64,000 bases of DNA, from NCBI GenBank assembly GCA_965214705.1, contig OZ243972.1, positions 480,001 through 544,000 on the forward strand, written 5' to 3'. This document shows positions 12,245 through 23,200 of this stretch, in pieces. Position 1 is the first letter of the stretch. The number at the start of each line of letters is the position of its first letter. The notes under the pieces are model-generated. The model was not told where the DNA came from and did not search any database. It saw only the letters and a program-made list of their open reading frames with translations. Made by a program: the position numbers and the translations under genes. Origin of the DNA: Alphaproteobacteria bacterium. GTDB lineage: Bacteria > Pseudomonadota > Alphaproteobacteria > UBA828.

Positions 12245-13492
12245 GAGCCAGCCCATTCCAGTCGCTCTTCCGAACGCCGCCGCGAGAAGGACGAGACGGC
12301 AGCTCATGCCGAGGGTCAGCCCCCAGGCCGCGGCTTCGACGCCGACCGCCGGATAGAGCGCGGGAATCGCAATGAGGTTCGCTACCAAGCCCAAGGAGAC
12401 GGCCCAGGAAACGACGCCCGGGCGGTCGATGGCCTTGAAATAGGTTCCAAGTATGCCGGCGCAGGCGTTGGCGAGCACTCCGAGGGCGATGATCCACAGC
12501 AGCGGGACCGCCGGCAGGAAGCCTTCCGAGAACAGGATCCGGACCAGCGGCTCGCTTACCGCCAGCACGGCGAGACTCGCGGCCGCGGTGCCGCACAAGA
12601 CGACGCGCAGGCAGAGCGTCGTCAGTTCCGGGCGGCCGCTGCCGGCGATGCGGGGCAGCAGCGCGGTGCCGACCGCGTCCGAGATCATTTTCAGTCGGAA
12701 CACGAGAGCGCTCGCGGTTGCGAACAGGCCGATTTCCGCTCGGCTTGCGAACAGCCCGAGAATGAGAACGGCCGCGCTCATCTCCAGCGCGCCGCCTACG
12801 CCCGCGGGATGGAACCGCAGGCCATAGCCGACGATACGCGCGGAAGGGGCGCGGAACGGATTGGCCAGAACCAGCCCGTGACGTCGCCGCAGGAACCGCG
12901 CGCACAAGGCTATCGTACAGCCATGCGCGGCAATGACCGCCGCGACGGCGCCGTCCACCCCGAGCCGCCCGGCCCAGAGGAGGACCAGCAGAACGAGGAA
13001 GTTCACGGCGACATGCAGCAGGGAGAACGCCGCGAGACGTCCGAAGCGCCGTAGCGCGGCGAGTTGGCGCTCCATGGCCATCGAGAACGCCATGACGGGA
13101 ACCAGGGCCAGCGCCATGTAGAACGAGCGCGTCTCGGCCTGCTGGAAGAACGTCGTCTCGCTGTGGACGAACGGAGCGGCCAGTGCGACCGCGAAGCCCC
13201 CGCCGGCGAGGCAGATCGCCAGGGCGGCGCCGACGCCTTCCGAGACGGTCGCTTGCTTCGTCATGACGAAATACTGCGCGCCTTCTCGCGCCCCCGGCGT
13301 GAAGAGCACGCCGAGAACACTTGCGAACACGACGCACAGGGCGAAGCTGCCTCGTCCTTCCGGCAACAACGTCCAGGCTAGGAGACTCTGGATCGCGAGG
13401 CCGAAGATGACCTTGCCGACACCGGTCGCGAACACAATGGCTGCATCCTGCCCGCCGGTTGCGCGCGGGCCGGGTGGCGTTTGCGGTGTCAT
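12170..13492 (-). CDS. Wzx-like oligosaccharide flippase
   Basis: Multi-TM 440 aa; LLPEGRGSFAL near the N-terminus, EIGLFATA in the C-half; last gene of the GT run. Confidence 0.8.
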   Translation of the reverse strand: MTPQTPPGPRATGGQDAAIVFATGVGKVIFGLAIQSLLAWTLLPEGRGSFALCVVFASVLGVLFTPGAREGAQYFVMTKQATVSEGVGAALAICLAGGGFAVALAAPFVHSETTFFQQAETRSFYMALALVPVMAFSMAMERQLAALRRFGRLAAFSLLHVAVNFLVLLVLLWAGRLGVDGAVAAVIAAHGCTIALCARFLRRRHGLVLANPFRAPSARIVGYGLRFHPAGVGGALEMSAAVLILGLFASRAEIGLFATASALVFRLKMISDAVGTALLPRIAGSGRPELTTLCLRVVLCGTAAASLAVLAVSEPLVRILFSEGFLPAVPLLWIIALGVLANACAGILGTYFKAIDRPGVVSWAVSLGLVANLIAIPALYPAVGVEAAAWGLTLGMSCRLVLLAAAFGRATGMGWLSIWLPRPGDAVSAWRAFRAALGSG

Positions 13493-13505
13493 GGCTTCGA
13501 CAGCA

Positions 13506-14747
13506 CTATCGCCTCGCCAGCTTCCGGAACAGCGCCTCGTAGGCCTCGGCGGCCCTGTCTATGGAGAAGTCGGCGGCGCGGCGCGTAAGCGCTTCCTCCG
13601 TCGGGTGAGCGCCGCGCAGCGTCTCGACCAGTGCCCGCGCCAGCGCCGGCGCGTCGCCCACCGGCGGCAGGCCGCCCCACGCGCCCAGGATCTCGCGCGG
13701 GCCGTAGGGCGCATCGGTGCTCACTACCGGCGTGCCGCAGGCCAGTGCTTCAATGACCACCATCGACAGGCCCTCCCAGCGCGAGGAGAGCGCGAGCAGC
13801 GCCGCTCGCCGCATGTAGCGGAACGGGTTCTCGTCGAAGTCCAGGAAGCCGAGGTCCGCTTCCACGCCATGGCCCCGCGCAAGGCGCTTGAGCCTTTCGC
13901 GGTAGGCCGCCGACAGCTTGCCGAGGATAACCAGCCGCGCGTCCACCTCACGCCTCGCCAGCCCGAATGCCTCCACCAGGGTGGGGTGATCCTTCTGCGG
14001 CGCCTCGCGCCCGACGCACAGGATCACCGGCGGCTCGCCGTCCGCGAACCACGGGTGCGTGACTTCCTCCTGCGCCAGCTGCCGTATGCTGTCGACAGGA
14101 ACACCGTTGTAGATGGTGCGAACGCACTCGGCGTCCACCCCCATCGATTGCCGCACGGACTCGCCCACGCCCCTGGATATCGCGACCACCGCATCGGCCA
14201 GCGGATAGAGGGTTCGGCAAGCGGCCAGCCATTCCGGCGTATAGTCGGCGGCGACGTTGGTGCGCACCGTGACCACCACCGGAACGGCCCGGTCCGTCAA
14301 CTCCGCGGCGCAGACCGCGGCGGTGTCGGCACCCGGCAGCGCCGACACCAGCACATCAGGGCGCGCCTCACGAACGTACGTCGCGATCATGTATGCATAC
14401 GCATAGACGCGGTGACGACTTCGAACGGGTAGGTTGAAGTCTTTCCCGGCGAGAGCCAGCCAAGTGCGGGCGACACCGATGGGGTTGACGGTCATCGCTT
14501 TCACCTCGGTTCCCGACCGCTGCACTTCCCGCAGCAGCTTCCTGTCGGTGCCGGGAAACCGCGCCCGCCAGACGCGCATTCCGCTGGGGACATCGGCCCA
14601 GTAGTCTCCCGCGAATTTGGGGATCACCAAGTCCGTCCGGTGCCCGCGCTCAACGAGCGACCGGGCCAATCGGAGAGTACTGCGCTCCGCCCCGCCGCCG
14701 TTCACGCTGGTCAGCAGGAAGCCGACTTGGAGCTTGTCCGACTTCAC
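13506..14747 (-). CDS. GT4 glycosyltransferase, paralog 3
   Basis: NGGGAERS, VGREAPQKD, EGLSMVVIEA (EX7E); GTG start overlaps the upstream stop. Confidence 0.9.
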   Translation of the reverse strand: MKSDKLQVGFLLTSVNGGGAERSTLRLARSLVERGHRTDLVIPKFAGDYWADVPSGMRVWRARFPGTDRKLLREVQRSGTEVKAMTVNPIGVARTWLALAGKDFNLPVRSRHRVYAYAYMIATYVREARPDVLVSALPGADTAAVCAAELTDRAVPVVVTVRTNVAADYTPEWLAACRTLYPLADAVVAISRGVGESVRQSMGVDAECVRTIYNGVPVDSIRQLAQEEVTHPWFADGEPPVILCVGREAPQKDHPTLVEAFGLARREVDARLVILGKLSAAYRERLKRLARGHGVEADLGFLDFDENPFRYMRRAALLALSSRWEGLSMVVIEALACGTPVVSTDAPYGPREILGAWGGLPPVGDAPALARALVETLRGAHPTEEALTRRAADFSIDRAAEAYEALFRKLARR

Positions 14748-16003
14748 CGCGCGCGCTCCCTCACCAGCTTCTCGAACAACGCGACATAGGCGTCGGCGGC
14801 CTTGTCATCGGAAAATTCGGCGGCGCGCGCCCGCAGCGCTTCCTCTGTCGGCCGCGCGCCGCGCAGAGTCGCGACCAGCGCCAGCGCCAGCGCCGGCGCG
14901 TCGCCCACCGGCGGCAACTCGCCCCAACCCCCAAGGATCTCGCGCGGACCGTAGGGCGTGTCGGTGCTGACCACCGGCGTGCCGCAGGCCAGTGCCTCGA
15001 TGACCACGGTCGGCAGGCCCTCCCAGCGCGAGGACAGCGCGAGCAGCCCGGCCCGCCGCATGTAGCGGAACGGGTTCTCGTCGAAGTCCACGAAGCCGAG
15101 GTCTTCCTCCGCGCCATGGCCCCGCGCCAGGGACTGGAGCCTTTGCCGGTAGGGGGCCGAGAGCTTGCCGAGGATAACCAGCCGTGCGGCCGCCTCGCGT
15201 CGCGCCAGCCCGAACGCCTCCACCAGCGTGGGGTAGTCCTTCTGCGGCGCCTCGCGCCCGACACTCAGGATAACCGGTGGCCCGCTACCCGCGAACCAGG
15301 GGTGCGTGACTTCGTCCTGCGCCAGGCGCCATATGCTTTCGGCAGGGATGGGGTTGTAGATGGCGTGGACACGACCGGCGTCCACGCCCACGAACCGCCG
15401 CACGGATTCCGCCACACCTCTGGACACCGATACCACGGCGTCGGCCAGCGGATAGAGCGTCCGGGCAGCGGCCAGCCAATGCGGCGCATAGCCCGCGCCA
15501 ACGTTATTGCGCACAGTGATCACCGTCGGAACGGCCCGGCCCGTCAGTTCGGTGGCGCAGACCGCAATGGCGTTGGGGCCCATATGCGCCGACACCAGCA
15601 CATCGGGACGTTCCTCGCGAAGGTAGCGGGCCAGAACATGGGCGTAGGGATAGATGGAGCGCATGCCGCCGCCGCGTATGACCGGTATGCCGGGATGCTT
15701 CCGGGCGAGAGCCAGCCAGTCGCGCGCGGCGCCGACGGGGTTGACGGTCATTGCTTCCACCTCGATTCCCGCCCGCTGGACCTTTCTCAAGAACGTCTTA
15801 TCGGTACCGGGAATCCGCGCCCGCCAGACACGCATTCCACCGGGTATCGCCGCCAGATAGTCTCCTGCGAACCGGGGGATCACCAAGTCCACCCGATGTC
15901 CTCGTTCGATGAGTGACCGCGCCAAGCGGAGAATGTTGCGCTCCACTCCGCCGCCGGCCAGACTGGTCATCGTGACGCAGACATGGAGTTTATCCGATCT
16001 CAC
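14744..16003 (-). CDS. GT4 glycosyltransferase, paralog 2
   Basis: AGGGVERN, EGLPTVVIEA; GTGA overlaps at both ends. Confidence 0.9.
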   Translation of the reverse strand: MRSDKLHVCVTMTSLAGGGVERNILRLARSLIERGHRVDLVIPRFAGDYLAAIPGGMRVWRARIPGTDKTFLRKVQRAGIEVEAMTVNPVGAARDWLALARKHPGIPVIRGGGMRSIYPYAHVLARYLREERPDVLVSAHMGPNAIAVCATELTGRAVPTVITVRNNVGAGYAPHWLAAARTLYPLADAVVSVSRGVAESVRRFVGVDAGRVHAIYNPIPAESIWRLAQDEVTHPWFAGSGPPVILSVGREAPQKDYPTLVEAFGLARREAAARLVILGKLSAPYRQRLQSLARGHGAEEDLGFVDFDENPFRYMRRAGLLALSSRWEGLPTVVIEALACGTPVVSTDTPYGPREILGGWGELPPVGDAPALALALVATLRGARPTEEALRARAAEFSDDKAADAYVALFEKLVRERAR

Positions 16004-17250
16004 CGCGCTCGCTCCCTCGCCAGCTTTCGGAATAGTGCCTCGTAGGCGTCAGCGGCCTTGTCATCGGAAAAGTCGGCGGCGCGCGCGCGCAGCGCTTCCT
16101 CCGCCGGCCGCGCGCCGCGCAGCGTCGCGACCAGCGCCCCCGCCAGCGCCGGCGCGTCGCCCACCGGCGGCAACTTGCCCCAACCCCCAAGGATCTCGCG
16201 CGGGCCGTAGGGCGTGTCGGTGCTGACCACCGGCGTGCCGCAGGCCAGCGCCTCGAGGATCACTGTCGGCAGACCCTCCCAGAGCGAGGACAGCGCCAGC
16301 AGTCCGGCCCGCCGCATGTAGCGGTACGGGTTCTCGTCGAAGTCCACGAAGCCGAGGTCTCCCTCCACACCGTGGCCCTGCGCCAGGGACTTGAGCCTTG
16401 CCCGGTACGGCGCCGAGAGCCGGCCGAGGATGACCAGCCGCGCGTCCACCTCCCGCCTCGCCAGCCCGAACGCCTCCATCAGGGTGGGGTGGTCCTTCTG
16501 GGGCGCCTCGCGCCCGACGCTCAGGACCACCGGCGGCTCGCCGTCCGAAAACCAGGGGTGCGTGATCTCCTCCTGCGCCAGCCGCCATATGCTGTCGGCG
16601 GGAATGGGGTTGTAGATTGCGTGAATGCGCTCGGCGTCCACACCCAACGATCGCCGTACGGACTCGCCCACGCCCCTGGATACCGCCACCACCGCGTCGG
16701 CCAGCGGATAGAGCGTCCGGGCGGCGGACAACCATTCCGGCGCGTAGCCGACGGCAACGTTGTTGTGCACCGTGACCACCACCGGAACGGCCCGGTCCGT
16801 CAATTCAGCGGCGCAGACTGCGGCGGCGTCGGCGCCCCGCAGCGCCGACACCAGCACATCGGGACGCGCCTCGCGGAGGTAACGGGTCAGAATGTGGATG
16901 GAAGCATAGAGAGAGCGCTTGCGCCGGACCCGTATGCCAGGGTGCAGCCGGCCGAGAACCAGCCCGGTCCACGCGACCTTGACCGGGTTCACGCAGAGCG
17001 CCGTTACTTCCGCGCCCGAACTTTGGACTGCCCGCAAGAACCTCCTGTCGGTGTGAGGAAGCCGTCCCCGGTACAATCGCACGCCACGGGGAATTGCGGC
17101 CCGGTAGTCTCCCGCGAAGCAGGGAATCACCAGGTCAACCCGGTGCCCACGCTCGATGAGCGATTGCGCCAGGCTCAGAATGACGCGCTGCGCACCGCCC
17201 CCTTCCAGGTTGGGCAGCACGAACCCGACATGGAGTCTGCCGTCGGCCAA
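16000..17250 (-). CDS. GT4 glycosyltransferase, paralog 1
   Basis: EGGGAQRV, EGLPTVILEA; TTG start 3 nt after the giant ORF's stop. Confidence 0.9.
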   Translation of the reverse strand: MADGRLHVGFVLPNLEGGGAQRVILSLAQSLIERGHRVDLVIPCFAGDYRAAIPRGVRLYRGRLPHTDRRFLRAVQSSGAEVTALCVNPVKVAWTGLVLGRLHPGIRVRRKRSLYASIHILTRYLREARPDVLVSALRGADAAAVCAAELTDRAVPVVVTVHNNVAVGYAPEWLSAARTLYPLADAVVAVSRGVGESVRRSLGVDAERIHAIYNPIPADSIWRLAQEEITHPWFSDGEPPVVLSVGREAPQKDHPTLMEAFGLARREVDARLVILGRLSAPYRARLKSLAQGHGVEGDLGFVDFDENPYRYMRRAGLLALSSLWEGLPTVILEALACGTPVVSTDTPYGPREILGGWGKLPPVGDAPALAGALVATLRGARPAEEALRARAADFSDDKAADAYEALFRKLARERAR

Positions 17251-17253
17251 CGG

Positions 17254-20200
17254 TCACACCTTCGCAGGGCGTCGGTCACCGGCGCCGCGCACCGCCCCTA
17301 TCGCGACACTCAACCCGGCGAGAAACATGAATGCTTCCTCGCCGAGCAGATGCGCAAAGGTCATGCAGTACGGGACGATGACGATGACCCAGGCCACGGT
17401 GGCATCCCGGGCAAGCGACTTCGGCGCTACCCATTGCGTGCGCAGAAGCAAGACGATGGCGGACAGAAACAGAAGCAGAGGGACGATACCGGCCTCTCCC
17501 AGCAACATAATGAATAGATTGTGAGGGTCGGGCAGATCGCCGCTCCATGTGACGGGGGCGCCCTCCAGGTATTTCAGCGCCCTCAGACCGTGACCGAAGA
17601 CGGGCGCCTCCATGGCCTTCTCGAATCCCAGCCGCCAAAGCAGCGGTCTGTCCTTCGCCAGGGCGGCGCAGATGAAGCCGTCATCGATATCGTGGCTGCG
17701 CAGACCGTACAGCTCCCACGGCATGCAGCCTTGGAAATCGTTACCCGCGACGGCCAGCGAGAGAAGCCTGATTCCGGCCAATTCGGGCGGGACGGAACCG
17801 GTGAGACGGTTGTCGGCCAGCCACAGTTGCCCGAGATTCGACAGATTGGCGATCTCCCGCGGGATGGGACCCATCAGGCGATTGTCGTCGAGCGACAGCA
17901 TGGTCAGACGCGTCAGGTTCCCCAGTTCCGGTGGAATGGGGCCGGTGAGTCGGTTGCCGTCGAGCCGCAGCAGATGGAGATGGGCCAGCTCGCCCAGCTC
18001 CGGGGGGATCCGCCCGGTCAGGTTCATGTCCCGCAAGTCCAGTGCGATGATGCGACCCCCTCGACCGATGGTGACGCCCTGCCAGGACGCGACGGGGCGA
18101 GCGAAGCTCCAGTTCAGCGCCGCGTCGCCGGCCAGGGTGTCGCGCATGCGCATCAGACGCGCGCCGTCTTCGAACAGGCCCGGTTTGGTCCAGGGCGAAG
18201 GATCGCAGAGCAGATCGGCGGAATCCAGATCGTTGTGCCGTACCTGCGCTGCTCGCGCCGTAGCCGGAAGGCAGTCGGCAAACGCGTTGCCGCCCAGACG
18301 GAGGACCGCAAGATGAGCCCACCGGTCGAGAGCCTCGGGGAGAGCTCCGTGCAAACGATTGTTCTCGAGCCGCAGCTCCTCCAGACGCGACAGGTTGCCA
18401 AGCTGCGGATGGACGTTGCCCGTCAAGATGTTGTTCTCCAGCGCGAGCACCCGCAGACCGGTCAGTGTGGTCAGTCCCTGCGGGATGCCGCCAGTGAGTT
18501 CGTTGCCGCCAAGACGCAACGAAACGAGTGCCTGCAACGCGCTCAGTTCCGGCGGGATCTCGCCGGTCAGCGCGTTGTTTTCCAGTACCAGCGTCCGCAG
18601 CCCGGTCAGGGTGCCCAGTTCCGGCGGGATCGGTCCCGCAAGCCGGTTGTTGCCAAGACGCAGAACGGCAAGGGCGTCCAGAGCCGACAGCTCTGCGGGA
18701 ATCCGCCCGTTCAGTCCCACGTGCGACAGATCCAGGGCGATGACCCGCGGCCCTTCCGCGGCCTCGCCGGCGATGTTGGGCATCCCGACGGTGACACCCC
18801 GCCAATAGCCGATGGGGACCGCGTCGCTCCAGTTTAGTTGGACGTCGCCGGCCAGCACGTCCCGAGCGGCCAACAACGTGGCGCAGTCGTCATACAGGCG
18901 CGGCAGTGCTTCGGGAAAGGATTGGCAGAACAGGTTCCGGTCGAGAACCCGACCGCGACCGCGACCCTGCGCCCGGAGTTCGCCAGCCGCATCGTCATAG
19001 TCCAGGCGCAACGCTGGCAGCGCGGCCACAGAGGGCGGTGCGGGGCCGCTCAGACGGTTCCCGCTCAGCCACAGGTCGGTGAGCCTCGACAGCTTGCCCA
19101 GTTCCGGCGGCACGGAACCGGCCAGGAGGTTGCCGCCCAATGCCAGCATGCGCAGACCGGCGAGGTTGCCGAGCTCGGGCGGGATGTCGCCGGCAAGCCG
19201 ATTGCGGCCCAGGCGCAGAGAGGCGAGTCCGGCAAGCTGCCCCAACTCCGCGGGGATGCGTCCGTTCAAACCCATTTGCGTCAGATCCAGCGCCGTCACG
19301 CGGCCGTGCGAGCGATCCACCGCGACACCCTGCCAGTCGTCGACCGGCACATCGCGGCGCCAGTTGAGCGGCGCATCCCCGGCGAGGCTGTCTCTCACCG
19401 TCAGCAAGAGGGTGCAATCGGCGAGCAGGCCCGGATCGATTTTCTTCGGCCGGCAGAAAACCGGCCCGTCGAGGTCATGGTCGGCAATCTCGTGGAGCGC
19501 CGGCGGGAAGGGGCGGTTCAGGTCGTTGCCGGTGAGGCGCAGGAAGAAGAGATTGCCCAGTCCTTCCAGTTCCGGCGGTACGGGGCCGGCGAGCCGGTTA
19601 TGGCTCAGGTCCAGAGCGACGAGGCCGCCCAATTCGCCGAGTTCCGCGAACAGGCGCCCGTTCAGTCCCGCGCGCGGCAATGCCAGTGCGGTCACGCGCT
19701 TCGGCGAGCCGCCGACGGTGACGCCCTGCCAGAACTCGATGGGGATGTCCTCGCTCCAGTCAAGCGCCGCGTCGCCGGCCAGGACGTCCTTGTTCGCCAG
19801 CAGAAGGCCGCAGTCGGCTTGCAGATCGGAAGTGACGCTGGAGGAGGGTCGACAGAACAGGCGCCTTACCGCATCCGGACGATCTCGGTTCATGCGGCGG
19901 TCCGCCGCCTGCGCCGCCTCTGCATCGTCGAGCGACCGACGACGGCGCAGATCGTGGAGGTCCAGGTCGTGGTTCGCGATCCGGTAGAGACGCCGCGGAT
20001 AGGGACGTTCCAGATCGTTGCCGGAGAGACGTATTAAGGTCAGCTTCTCCAGCTCTTCGAGTTCCGGCGGCACGGAGCCGGTCAGGCGGTTGTGCTTCAG
20101 CCACAACTCCCTGAGATGCGACAGTTTCCCCAGTTCCGGCGGAATCGGGCCGCTCAAGGCGTTGAAGGAGAGCACCAGCCGCTCCAGGTCGGACAGCTCT

Positions 20201-23200
20201 CCCAGTTCGGGAGGCACCGGGCCGGTCAGCCGGTTGCGATTGAGATGCAGCGAAACAAGCCGGTCCAGTCGGCCCAACGCTGGCGGGATGCGCCCGTTCA
20301 GACCTGACCTCGACAGGTCGAGCCTCGTCACCCGCTCCGGCGAGCCGCCCACGGTGACGCCCTGCCAGAACTCGATGGGGATGTCCTCGCTCCAGCCGAG
20401 CGGCGCATCGCCGGCGAGGATGTCCCTCGCCGCCAGCAGGAGCGCGCAATCGGCGCGCAAACCGGGATTGTGGGCGGGAGCGGCGGGGCAGGGCGCGTCC
20501 CTGCCGGCGACCGCGCGCAGCTCGGGGGGGAGGAAACCGGTCAGGCGGTTGCCGCTCAGCCAGAGTTTCCTGAGGCTCGACAGCTTCGCCAGTTCCGGTG
20601 GGATGGGGCCGGTCAGGGCATTGTTGGCAAGCCCGAGCCTTTCCAGGTCGGTCAGTTTCCCCAGCTCGGGTGGAATGGCGCCGGTCAGCGCATTGCCGTC
20701 GAGCACCAGGGACCGCAAGCCGGCGAGATGCCCAAATGCCGCGGGTACGCGCCCCCTCAGCCCCGTTCGGGGCAGCTCCAGCGCAATGACACGACCTTCC
20801 GGACCGCCCACGGTCACACCTTGCCACAAGCCGATGGGAATCTCAGCGCGCCACTTGAGCGGCGCGCCGCCGGCCAGCGTGCCCTTCGCCGCCAGCAGCG
20901 TCGTGCAGTCCTCGAACAACGCGGGGCTGGTTCGAGGCGGCGGCAGGCAGAGCACGAGGCGGCCGAGATCGTGGTCAGGGACATCGAACAGCGCCGACGG
21001 AACAGGGACGGTCAGGCGGTTCTCTCTCAACCACAAGGCCCTGAGCCGGGGGAGTCGTGCCAGTTCCGCAGGGACGGTGCCGGTCAGGGCGTTGCGATCC
21101 AGGGCCAAGATGCGCAGGTCGACGAGTTGTCCCAACTCCGGCGGAATCGAACCGGTGAGCCGATTGTCGGCCAAGTTCAACAAGACGAGGCCGTCCAGCC
21201 TGCCGAGTCTCGGGGGAATGCGTCCGTTCAGCCCTTTCCCGGGCAGATCCAGCGCGATGACACGACCTTCCGGACCGCCCACGGTCACGCCTCGCCACAA
21301 GCCGATGGGGACCGCCGCGTGCCAGTCGAGCGGGGCGTCGCCGGCCAGCGTGTCCTTCGCCGCCAGCAGCGTCGTGCAGTCCTCGAACAACGCGGGGCTG
21401 GTTCGAGGCGGCGGCAGGCAGAGCACGAGGCGGCCGAGATCGTGGTCAGGGACATCGAACAGCGCCGACGGAACAGGGACGGTCAGGCGGTTCTCTCTCA
21501 ACCACAAGGCCCTGAGCCGGGGGAGTCGTGCCAGTTCCGCAGGGACGGTGCCGGTCAGGGCGTTGCGATCCAGGGCCAAGATGCGCAGGTCGACGAGTTG
21601 TCCCAACTCCGGCGGAATCGAACCGGTGAGCCGATTGTCGGCCAAGTTCAACAAGACGAGGCCGTCCAGCCTGCCGAGTCTCGGGGGAATGCGTCCGTTC
21701 AGCCCTTTCCCGGGCAGATCCAGCGCGATGACACGACCTTCCGGACCGCCCACGGTCACGCCTCGCCACAAGCCGATGGGGACCGCCGCGTGCCAGTCGA
21801 GCGGGGCGTCGCCGGCCAGCGTGTCCTTCGCCGCCAGCAGCGTCGTGCAGTCCTCGAACAACGCGGGGCTGGTTCGAGGCGGCGGCAGGCAGAGCACGAG
21901 GCGGCCGAGATCGTGGTCGGCGACGGCATTGATTTTGGGAGGAATGGAGTCGAAGTCGTTGCCCGAGAGACGCAGGACGGACAGCCGGAGCTCTCCGATA
22001 GCGGCCGGGACAGGGCCGGTCAAGCGGTTGCCTTGCAACCACAACTCCTCGAGGTTCTTGAGCTTCGCCAACTCCGGCGGGATGGCCCCGGTCAAGGCGT
22101 TGAGGCCGAGATGCAGATACTCGAGGCTCGCCAGATTTCCCAGCTCGGGCGGAATGCGACCGGTGAGCCGATTGCGTCCAAGGGACAGCGAAACGAGGCG
22201 GTCCAGGCGGCCAAGATCCGGGGGGATACTGCCGTTCAATCCAAGTACGGCCAGATCCAGCCCGGTGACGCGTCCCTCCGGGCCTTCCACCGTCACGCCC
22301 TGCCAGCGGTTGACGGGCACGGTGCGGCTCCAGTTGAGGGCAATGTCTCCGGCCAGGATGTCCCTCGCCGCCAGCAGAATGGCGCAGTTCGCGCCAGGAT
22401 TGGCGGTCGGCGAAGGGTCGCAGAACAGCTTCCTCTCAAGCACGTCGCCGGAAACGTTCCGCAACATCGACCACTGGGACAGACCGTCGGAGAAAGCCGC
22501 AACGCCGACGAAGCCTGCAATCCCGACAAATCCTGTGGCGGCCAAAGCCAGGACGAAGGCCCTCGGTTTGCCGCTGACGTTGATCAACAGGAACAAGACC
22601 ATCAACGCACCGAGTATGACCAACGCGGTTCGGGACGCCGATCCCACGGTTGCGGCGACGCCGGCGGCCAGGCCCAGCCAGCCGAGCGTGCGCGGCCCGC
22701 CATTGGTCAGGAACGCCGCGGCGAGCGCCACCGTCATGCAGCCGATCAAGCCGGCGCCGTTGGGATTGACAAAAGCGCCGGTCAGGCGGAACGGAATTCT
22801 ATAAGGCGGCAGGATGCCGAGATCGCGCAGAATCGGCGAAGCGAGAATGATGACGCAGCTCGAAATCAGGACGACAAGCACGCCCTGCAACAACCTGTCG
22901 GCCCCGACTCGTTCCAGCACCGCGCGGCCACCGACTGCGGCAGCCACGAGCACGCCGAAAGCGAGCACGGCAAACCTCAGTGACGCAGCTGTGCCCGGCA
23001 GCCAGTCGGCCTCGTCCATCACGGCAAAGCCGATCGCCAGATAGGATGCCACCGCACCGAGCAACAACACGCCGGGCATTCCGCCCACTGTGCTCAGGAC
23101 AGAGACGCGTGAGCCGGACTTCCGCCAGGCAAACAAGCATCGAATTCCAACCAGGCCCACCAGGATGACCATGCATGCCATGGTCGCCCGTGCGATGACG

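Noticed and set aside
13506-22430. CRISPR array or DGR template/variable repeats
   Set aside because: The repeats are in-frame coding duplications with no spacers; no cas or reverse transcriptase gene is in the window.
20018-22983. 928-aa and 837-aa plus-strand ORFs
   Set aside because: Antisense shadows of the GC-rich repetitive LRR gene.
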